This document shows, piece after piece, positions 10,807 through 20,000 of a DNA stretch of 20,000 nucleotides; the stretch's first letter is position 1; each line of letters starts with the position of its first letter. The translations under genes and the position numbers were made by a program. Under the pieces are notes generated by a model. That model made no database searches. It saw only the letters and a program-made list of their open reading frames with translations, and was not told where the DNA came from. This stretch comes from Catajapyx aquilonaris. Its lineage: Eukaryota. The stretch spans positions 122,926 to 142,925 of the forward strand of contig KZ538047.1 of NCBI GenBank assembly GCA_000934665.2, in the 5' to 3' direction.

Positions 10807-13488
10807 CGATTCCTTATATGTTTGGTTTTTTTGTGTCACAAGCACCTGTGCACCTTCATGCAGCGATTTGTCACTTGTATAGCACATCTGAAAAGGTAAG
10901 TGGCTCAGCCTATATATACTGTGCAGTGTGCTCACATGGCAGGTTTTTTCTCATCCATCACAAGTAAAACTAATTGCGTACACTGACGACCTGTATAATG
11001 TTCCCAAGTAGTCAAATAGGTGTCAGTAACAATAGCTACATTCACACATAGATAAGCAGTCAGCAAACGTAACTTTCAGCTCAGTTTCACGTCAGGACTT
11101 CTCAACCGTTTCATCCTCTTTTCTGAGAGTGTTGTGTAGTTCAGCAGCTAACAAGTGCCAGGGACACATCAGCACCAGATGTGACTTAGCAGAAAGGTGT
11201 GGCTCACTAATGTAGTCTCTCTCTCTGACAATATTATGCTGCTTCTACTACAGTACTATACGAGATCCCTGCGGGAGTGGACCTAAGTTGGAGGTAAGTA
11301 ATGCGAAGGAAGTCGTGATGCCTTCAACGAGAGGCATTTTGCATGGCAGAAGCAAACAACAGCGCATTTACTTGGCACAAAGTTAGCTGAACCCAGGCAT
11401 GAGCTTTCTCAAACTATTGCCTCCCGCATTACCATACATGCAAGTAAAATATCTCCATCCTATACGTGTGATGATGGGAATGTCACGGGCGTTAAAACAA
11501 TAGTACCGGTATAATGGGTATAATTAATTATCAAAATGCAGCACTACACAGGCGCACGAGCAAGTGACGAGTTTTTTCATGTCGAAAAAATCACTCTGCC
11601 AACATGTAAATTCAGGAACATTCTCAGGTTAAGGGCTAGTAAATAGTAGCTTAGAATGATGATGAAAAAAAGGGTCAAACTTTCCTGGAGTTATTTACTG
11701 CTTTTGCCTGTGTACAGGCTTGTTGGGTTGGAGAGAAGGAGCGGGTATAGAGTATGGAGAAGTGGATGTATGGAAGAGAGCCATGGCTGTAGAAAGTTTC
11801 AAGTGAGTCTGCAATAGACGCCTCGTGATGATGTAGAGCGGATACCTATACCCTCCCGGAGGAAGAGGATCGATGATATAATGAACCTTATATATTTTTA
11901 CATAACTCACTGTCAGAAAATGTGAACGGTGCCACAATTTGTCCGCTGCAAATAATAATACTTTTTATGGCATTTGCATCAGGAATTTTATTTTAAAAAC
12001 GTCATTTACGTGCATGTTGTTTTTTTATGCATTTAGGCTTTTTAGAGCCAGTTAAACTCGTTTTATGTCGTGAAAATGTCAACGGCTAGTTTATACGGAA
12101 TAGTTTGCATTTGGAGCACTTCAGAATGGCTGTTAGTCTCCTAGCCCCAATCATTCAACTGCCAGACTAAATGCAGTTAGCTAACTTGCTCAAATCACTG
12201 CGGTTCAATGCTCTAAACTATCGTGAGTCCAACTTGGACTTTGAGTAAGCGAACAGAACTATTGCATTAGGAAGGGTTAATGTCGATCAATTTTAATAGA
12301 TCTACAAATTGTGATAAATTATTTTTTAATATATTTTTTGGACACTCGTATGTCCTACAACATGTCTTTTACTTTACTCGATATTAGCAGTTCATTTAGG
12401 TGCAATTGTCATGTCCCAACGCTACTTGCAAGACCTTCACGCACAGCACTTTGAGCACACTACCACGTTAATAATGAAAGTTATGGCTGCTCTGACGACG
12501 CTAAAGTTTCACAATTTGAAGCTCAGTGCCCAGAAGGCTTTTTTCTCAGCTGCAAAATTGCACTTAAAAAATCTCTCCATAAATGAAGATTCTTTTCCGC
12601 AACTACATATTCAGTTGTTTTTTTTGTACACTTCCTCTGCACTAATTTAATGCGCAACAACATGAGCTCCTGCTAAGCACTTGGTGGTGTGAGTCATTTA
12701 AGGATTTCATTCGTAGGCAGGCGGCCACTAGGATAGCTTCATAATCATTATGGCAAGCGAGCCATAATATATCCCCGGTATAAGGGCACTCACTCGCACG
12801 TAACTGCCGAGGGAGAGAAACACTCGCGAAGCACATTTCGCCGAAAATGAACAAAAGCTTGAGGGCAGCAGTTACGCTTAATTAGAACCGTGTGTACGCG
12901 CCCCCATACGAGCCATATACACCTTGCAGTGCATCACACACACACAGTATACAGTATAAATTAATGACATGATATGCGCGTGTTCTCTTCCCCTCAGGAA
13001 GTTGCGCAATACTGAAGCCAAGCCAATACCAGTAATTCGTTACAGTATATTCTGGCTCATAATAATATTAGCTCGAAATCAATTAAGCGTGTTGATGTTG
13101 ATAGTAAGGGTTTAACCTCCGGGTAAGGGTTCAAAAGCTTTACAAGTGCGTAATTACGTGCACGGTAGGTTTCTCAGTGTTCATTAAGTGGGCAACCACC
13201 CTTTTATAAACCGTTTTCTACGCCTTGCAAAAACGAGCTCTCAGCCCCCCCCCCCCCTTAAACGTATCTTTGCAGCCGAGAGAGTGCGGGAGACATGGAG
13301 AGGAAATTGCGGCGAATAACAACGGGGTCAAAAACCCTGTTCCCGAGATTTGAGCTGCAGAGTGAATGCAGGCAGTCGCCCTATAGGGAGCTATCCTTAG
13401 GAGCAACCTGATACCAGATTGTTTCAGCACAGAAGCCCAACTCTTGCTCTTAAAAAAAAGGATGTGTGACTCTGTCCGCGGTGAGTCA

Positions 13489-13585
13489 TCAGGATGTGGA
13501 CATAGTACCGTGAATTTCACATAGATGGCGGCGTATGGATGTGCCATCTATGTGAGAGACATGAGAGTACGTCCACACAACCTGA
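13489..13585. repeat. 97-nt imperfect inverted repeat / long hairpin
   Basis: Perfect 13-bp core TCACATAGATGGC (13517-13529) / GCCATCTATGTGA (13543-13555). Collinear outer stems are CGTG/CATG, GTAC/GTAC, TGTGGAC/GTCCACA and TCAGG/CCTGA. Confidence 0.8.
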
Positions 13586-14820
13586 AGAATAAGGCGACAG
13601 AGGAAGTTAAGGCGTTAACCAGACTGTCGCTTGGTATGCTGGTGGGCCAAGGAAATGACTCCATATTAAAGATGCGTATCTGAAATGGCAATTTCCAGGC
13701 CCGGAAGAGGGTGGGGTGGGGAAGAGGAATCGATTACCACAACGTCCCACCAAAAATGCCAACATCGTCCCTGCTAGGATGACATCCGTTGCTGTGTAAA
13801 CGAGCTGGGAGGAATCAAGCAACGGTGTGTCACCTCCCCCACCCTTTTAAAAAATGGGTCCTGAGACACGGAAGGTGGTCCGAAACTATTTGTCTCCTTC
13901 CGGTTGTCAAAGTTTTGCCTGGCGTCTGGACCATCTAATTAAAGCATGGCGACGCCTGGATGCTGCTGGCAAAGGCGAGAAGAGTTTCTAGAAGCCGTCG
14001 CGTTGTTTTCATAAACACCAAGCCCTCTAAAAGGACCTAGATTTATGGCTTTTCCCGACTAACAAATGGTGATGTAGAAGGGGGGGCGCAACAACGACAT
14101 GAACCTGCCTCTATGGTTGTCCGGAGAACTAAATCTAAAGTTGTAAGCCTAAAATTGAAACACGTGTCCTGCACTTGAGGCCAGGTCACTTTCAGAAACT
14201 TCTCTCAAAAATGGTCGATTTCCATCCGGCAGTTTCAAAAGGAAGCAAAAATTTGACTTTTTTTCCACTCCGTTTCGCAGGCTCTAAGCGACAGCAATAA
14301 AACGAGGGGGGCCTCAATTTGGAAGGGGGAGGGGGGAAAGGGAGAGGTGGTGATTCAATTTGGGAAGTGTCGAGAAGAGGTGACATGTGTCAGTCCATGG
14401 AGGGAACGGGTAAGAAGAAAAGGACCTAATCGGAAAGGTCGTCGTCGGAATGGAGGAAACGTGATGGCAGCACCAAGCACAACCATCACGTTCCACCAGT
14501 AAAAATGTACCCATCCAGCAGTCTGATGGACGATATTCTCCATACATCGAGAGGAAAATTTCCTTGTAGCCGAATGTCTCTTGGCGTCCGGTGAAGGACG
14601 GGTAAAAAAAAATGGCATTATGTAAATCGTCAGAAGGAGGACAGTACTGCTACCATGTTCAAAACTTTTCCAGACCATTTTAGCCCAAATGTTAGGTCCA
14701 AATCACTGTCTACTCATATTGTTGTGTGAGGGCATCTCCATCAGAGGTGCGTTCGACAGATTTCTGTTCACTAGGAATATTGGTAAGCGAAGCGATGACG
14801 TCAATGGAAAGTTAGCGTGG

Positions 14821-14927
14821 CTCACGGGGGTATCCATAAGGCTGGGATAAGAGTTGCAGGGGGCTGGTCCAAATAAACCTAGACGACAGCCTCCATCTGG
14901 CTCCCAATCGCCTAATTACCCCGTGAG
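14821..14927. repeat. 107-nt nested fold-back
   Basis: CTCACGGGG/CCCCGTGAG, AGGC/GCCT, TGGGA/TCCCA, GGGGGCTG/CAGCCTCC (one G-U) and GTC/GAC occur in nested order. Confidence 0.55.
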
Positions 14928-15025
14928 TGATTAAGACACGTGACAACACTTTTTTCTTTCCTCGGCAATGAATCACCTGTTGTTTCGTCTTCCAACAGTT
15001 CCTTTACACAAAAAAGGTGGGGGCG

Positions 15026-15058
15026 TCTCTCTCTCTCTCCCCCCCCCCNCCCCCCCCC
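15026..15058. repeat. (TC)7 followed by a poly-C run containing an ambiguous base (N at 15049)
   Basis: tctctctctctctccccccccccnccccccccc read directly. Confidence 0.85.
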
Positions 15059-16310
15059 AATATGGTTCCCAACTAAGGACCTCACCCTTTAGAAACACTG
15101 AGTGAGTGAGCCAGTTTTATTTGCGTGCGAAGGAAGTCTGTGTGACACGTCCCCCTCCTTTCCATTATTCATACTGAAGGGGGAGTGTTGGCAGTTGCAG
15201 AGTCCGTGAGGCCATTACCCCTCCCTCTAAGGCGCTTCTACCTCTCCTTCAGACTGCTTTTCTTGCCCAGAATCAAAGCGACGACTCGCTCGGATGCAAA
15301 TCCCGAACGAGCCCTCTCGGGAACCAGAGGCGTCGACGTGTCTTCCGTCCTCTTCAACATCCACTGGGGGGGTACCCGAAGGAGTGCCACGATTAATTAT
15401 TATTTCCAGAATTCATTCCACCTAGATTACCACCGGAGGATATTAAAAATAAAAAAACAGGATGGCTTTAAAACTTCTGTTCGTTTTGGCTCACCTTATA
15501 TGCGAAAAGGGCAAGAAATTTTTAGAATCGCTTTCTGCCTCGGTTTACTTTTTTTTTTGAGTAAATTCTATTTGTCTGCATGGCGTGAGGCTTGAGGCCC
15601 CGAGCTTTGTTTCCGATATATTCCAAAGCTTTTCTGGCAGCTTTAGTCATAAGACAAGCCCGCTTTATTCGTGTCACATACTTCCATCGTTTTTCACTTT
15701 ACGCTGTCGCATGCTAACTTTTTGAGGAGTGGGGGGGAGGGGGGGAGGAGACACGTTTTTCTTGCCTGAGTTTTCCGTCTCTCCGGAAAACTTGAGACAA
15801 ACTAGTATGAGGAAATGGGGAGGGAGGGAAGGGGGCTGGATTATAACATCCTGTGTATATGCATCATTAGTCACTTCTACTATGGCAGCACATTACCGGC
15901 CACTTCATGAAAACACGTCACAAAAGGCCAACTACAAACTGTTTCCGGTTGTTGTTACAAGCTCATTTTTTGTCCTTAACATTGAATTTGTTTATGTCAG
16001 TAACAACTCAACAACATTTATGTTTAAGACCCTGAGGGATGGAGTTGCCCTTTGTCTTGGTGATGCGGCGTGGGAGAAATTGTCACGGGAGCGAATACTC
16101 CAGGGACGAAATGGTCACGGGGGCCAGTATGCCGGGGGCGAAAAGTCCGGAGGCCCATTCATGCTATTACATTACACTGTATTTCTCCAGGTTAAAATTA
16201 TTAAATTATTGCCAGAATATACTGCAATTATTCAAACAACTTAACTTTTCTGATAGGTCGTTTTACATTTGTTGTTAATTTATTTACCTTCCCCTATAGT
16301 TTCTGTTGGC

Positions 16311-16426
16311 TACCACCTGCATTACCTGCCTAGAGCAGTATCTGTTGATTTTTTAATCGTGACAAAAATATGCGGAAGGTACTAGGGTACTATTGTGGAT
16401 TTTTGTTAAATAATGCATAGGTGGTA
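16311..16426. mobile_element. Candidate short MITE-like element (terminal inverted repeats flanked by TA)
   Basis: GCTACCACCT--GCATTA (16309-16324) and the reverse complement of TAATGCATAGGTGGTAGC (16411-16428) are identical apart from a 2-nt indel. TA at 16311-16312 and 16425-16426 could be a target-site duplication. Confidence 0.35.
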
Positions 16427-17338
16427 GCTTCCCATTTGCAGAGAAAATATCCGTAAAACTACGCGAAATGGGAGTCCTGCAGGTACCCTTGAATCTATCC
16501 TAGCCTGGTGCTTAATCTATTACGACCTCTCGAGATAGCCGAGAGCGTAATTCCTGGTCACTCCAGACAGGTCGAGCCTGCATGTGAAGCCTTAAACTGT
16601 CTCCGATCTTGGTGCAAAAGGGTCCTAGAACACGCGAATAAACGTTCCGGCCGCCAAGATTGCCCCACTCGAGCCCGCAGGAGAAAGTGATTAACAACCC
16701 TTGATATTCACGACATCTTGTGTCGAAATGCACTCCGGTTTAAACACACAAGGTGTATTAACCAATTTGAGGGGAAGCATTACTACCGCGTGTTTCGCCA
16801 TTGCTCCCATTTTGTTGCCCGGAACACGACAACACTGACTCAAACTGCCAACCAATTACAGGCTCACAGAAGGCGACCCCTTTAATTTTTGTCGCCCACA
16901 GTACACTACATACCGTGTGAATGGGCCAGCAGTTCTCAGCAATCATTAACGCTACCAACTGCCAATTTCATGAATGGCTAACATTCCCTCCAGGCCTGCA
17001 CTTTAATTACTGAGAAGCAGACGGTAAAAGATGGAAAAGGAAACTAATCAACTTTTGCCAATGGGAGGGCCATTTATTCATACCTTGAACCTGCTGGGAC
17101 AGAAAAAGGTGTGTTTGTACCAAACATTCCGGAACAATCGTCACGCACTTTTTTGTCCGGTTCTAACTCTTTTGAAAAAAACCGGGTTTACATATACGAA
17201 GGCTATATATTGGATAGCGGTGGGAATAGAGTTGGTGCTGCACCAGTCCTCTGATTAAAGTGCAAAAACAAAACCTCATTTCTGCAATAGCAGAGGCCCC
17301 TCTGTGGCAAACCGAGTGGATTTTGTCAGGTGGGACTT

Positions 17339-17428
17339 GGCCCGGCAAAATGTGTGGCCTATGGGTCATTTCCGCCCGGGTCACGCGATAATCAAGTTCC
17401 GGCCCATTAGGCCACATTACCCCCGGCC
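17339..17428. repeat. GC-rich imperfect inverted repeat
   Basis: TGTGGCCTATGGGTC (17353-17367) pairs with GGCCCATTAGGCCACA (17401-17416): 15 bp with one bulge and one G-U. Outer arms are GGCCCGG/CCGGCC. Confidence 0.55.
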
Positions 17429-18993
17429 GCCTATAGATCATGCAGATTCTGTTACAGATATGGACGTTCGACATTTTTTTGGGGGGTACAACTCGGTTGG
17501 TGTGATCAGAAGAGAGCTGAAGAAGTCCGATCCAGAGAGATGCTGTGCGCTAATGACTTGTTGGATTAAATGGCAGTATGTGTCAAGTCGAAATATTACT
17601 GTCATTCCGTCCATGTTTGAGGTAAAGTGAAAGGATAAGGACAGGAAGCAGGTGAAGGAAGCTGAGACAGGTGTCAAGTATGGCTATCATTTAAGCAAAA
17701 CACCTGATCGCCCGAGTGGCCCATTTGGTAGTATGTCCTCGAATATAATTCATTCCTTCAATCTGAATCTCTGGGTAGCAGAGTGCTTTCCGTTGGATCT
17801 TACTAAACTATAGAGACTGTGAGTTCCGATACTTCTTTGTTGGATTTTGCAATGGGATTGAATTTAATATTTTTTTGACTGGCCCTTTAGAATCACTTAT
17901 CCAACACGATCTTGACAAGCAGTAGGCAGTCAACAGTTGGACCGAGTGGACATGCAATTCGTGCATCTTGACTGGAAGGTTTGTGTGGCTAAACTGCTAA
18001 AAGCACAAGGGTATCATTATTGCATTTATTTATTTTTGTCATTAAAAAGGCCTACATATCATACAATGTATGTCATCTGTAAAGTGATACAGTTTGAGAG
18101 TTGAGAGCTTTGCAAGTTTTTCTAATTGCAAATGGGGTCAGGGGGTGCTAAATAAGTACCTTCCATAATTTCAATTTAGAGTCAATGACAATGGTGTGTT
18201 GCTGGTGGGCAATTTTTTGCCACTTGTTGTTTGGTGACAATAATTTTAACATGCTGTATTATTATGTGCGTATGCATGATTTATCAAATGTTGTAATAAA
18301 ATCATTTGAGGTATCGCCACATGTGCAATTAGCATAAATTTGATTAAACATTAGTTTTAGTGAACAGTGTGCTGCTCATATTTGGTTATCATTTATCATT
18401 GTCATAAAAGTTGAAGTAAAAAAATTGAAGCAGGTTTCTAGAGCATTCTGTGGTAATTTCAAATGCAAAAAAATGTCAAATTCTCAACTTTCAATGTCAG
18501 ATTCCTACCACTCCCAGGACAGAGTCTAATCAAAAACTGAGTTTCATTTTTTCACATAAATGTTTTTCCGATAATTATATTGCTGTTGCAACTTTATTAC
18601 ACTAATCTGTTTATTTTATTATCCACTTACTCTTGCAGAGTAACTCTTACCTGTTATTATCAAAAGAATTAGCTGCTAATATTAGACCGAATGGAATCAC
18701 ACATCCAAGCTCTCAATTTCAAAGCAATTAATTTCTGATTGCAAAATAACTAAATGCAAAAATTGGCATCAACCTTGAATGATGACATTCACATTTGCAG
18801 CCTTTTTAAAGGATGGGTACTGGCAACCTAGACGTAGTAGCAGCTAATGCTTTTGATGACCACTAAAAGTAACTTGGCAAAAGTCACTGAATGGCAAAGC
18901 GCATACAAATACCACAAAGAGGCAATGATCACCCTCAACGACAGTGGAAGTATTAATATCATATGAATGACCTATACTCATTACACCTTGCAG

Positions 18994-19160
18994 AATGATG
19001 ATCCATCTGATTGGTCTCTGCTGGACATCACCTGCCTGATGCCGCCAAACCAACAACCACTTTGGCCTCATCCAAATCAACTTGTGCAATCAAGCGCTGT
19101 GAGGTGCTGTCATCAGCTTCTGTTGCCATCTACTCTCCTGGCAGACCGGACATGGACATG
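18994..19160 (+). other. Candidate exon of an unidentified transcript
   Basis: A GC-richer 167-nt island in AT-rich flanks, bounded by acceptor acaccttgcag| and donor ATG|gtaagc. One frame is open throughout but has no recognisable protein similarity. Confidence 0.4.
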
Positions 19161-19438
19161 GTAAGCATTACACTTGTACCCAAGAATGAAATTCAATGGG
19201 AATTTTTTTTACCGTCATTCCTCGTGCAATCTTTACGAGTACTTTCACAATTATTGGTAGGCCTCTCACTGGCAGTGCAAGTTCCCCACACTTCAAATAC
19301 TGTATTACCAGCAGTTGGTTACTAAACTACATACATTACTTTATTTTCACTTTTTAAATTACAACATAGAAAGGACAAGTTGAATAGCCAGTAAGAGGCA
19401 GCGCAGGAAGGGGAAAAAAAGACACTTGAAAATAGAAG

Positions 19439-19442
19439 AAAA
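19439..19442 (-). terminator. Pol III terminator (T4) of the tRNA-Ala gene
   Basis: The minus strand reads TTATTTT immediately after the discriminator base. A backup T7 run is at 19414-19420. Confidence 0.65.
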
Positions 19443-19445
19443 TAA

Positions 19446-19517
19446 TGGAGGTGCCGGGGATCGAATCCGGGACCTTTCACATGCAAAGCGAACGCTCTAC
19501 CACTGAGCTACACCCCC
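19446..19517 (-). tRNA. trnA-TGC: tRNA-Ala(TGC), 72 nt, intronless, with a G53A variant (may be low-activity or a young pseudogene)
   Basis: Reverse complement is GGGGGTG TA GCTC AGTGGTA GAGC G TTCGC TTTGCAT GTGAA AGGTC CCGGA TTCGATC CCCGG CACCTCC A. It forms a full cloverleaf with anticodon TGC, the G3:U70 alanine identity pair and discriminator A. Confidence 0.95.
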
Positions 19518-20000
19518 ACTTCGTAGGAGTCATTTCTTCATTACGAGGGAACCTATGAACATGTTCATACCACATAATATTGAACGTAATTTTATGTAGG
19601 GTGATGACACCCTTTCCAAATCTCCAAAAAGAAGGGCATAGATGCTCTGTATATAGGCTATTATACTAATAAATACGCCTCTTTACTTCATCATAACCGA
19701 ATCTACGATTTCAAACGTCCTATTTAATGTCTCTGTCTCTATAAAGTGAGGGATGGCCAATAGTTTCACAACTATCTGTTCTCTTCCTCATATGCCTGGA
19801 GGAGGAGCAAGAAATGCAGAGAGGAACTCTCCAAGGAATATTGCAGCACCATCATACCTAGCGGAATCTACTTCTGTGTGCGATTATGCAGATTTACTTT
19901 TTTCATATAATGCCTGTTGTGCCCACATCTGTGGATCGGAAAAAAACAAAAACAAGCTTGCTAATAAACGAACCTTAATTGTCCATCAATAAATTCTTCC

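Noticed and set aside
12272..12280. AAGGGTTAA as a piggyBac-type right end
   Set aside because: I found no matching TTAACCCT left end in the window.
18779..18890. ATGATGA ... TTGATGA ... CTGA as a box C/D snoRNA
   Set aside because: No terminal stem, no clear D' box and no verifiable rRNA guide of sufficient length.
147..19992. The remaining ORFs of the six-frame track (e.g. 147-614 -, 4844-5281 -, 15185-15595 +, 15729-16244 +)
   Set aside because: No recognisable domains. Many start at non-ATG codons, cross microsatellites or homopolymers, or are antisense shadows of the ALP exons.

Overview
Eukaryotic (invertebrate, probably arthropod) genomic DNA, mostly non-coding. Two things are well supported. 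(1) The last two coding exons of a metazoan alkaline phosphatase gene lie on the + strand (971-1165 and 9058-9515). They are joined in frame across a 7.9-kb GT-AG intron and end in a probable GPI-anchor signal; the 5' exons lie upstream of the window. (2) A tRNA-Ala(TGC) gene lies on the - strand (19446-19517) and carries a G53A change in its B box. The other ORFs in the track look like chance ORFs. The most interesting unexplained signals are several 50-120 nt fold-back elements (best: a 97-nt pre-miRNA-like hairpin at 13489-13585), a chain of splice-site-bounded candidate exons downstream of the ALP gene that may belong to an unannotated non-coding transcript, a TGCAAC motif cluster in the ALP intron, and unusual active-site-entrance residues in the ALP. 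I see no solid evidence for a new multi-gene system; the non-coding host-transcript idea is only a hypothesis.
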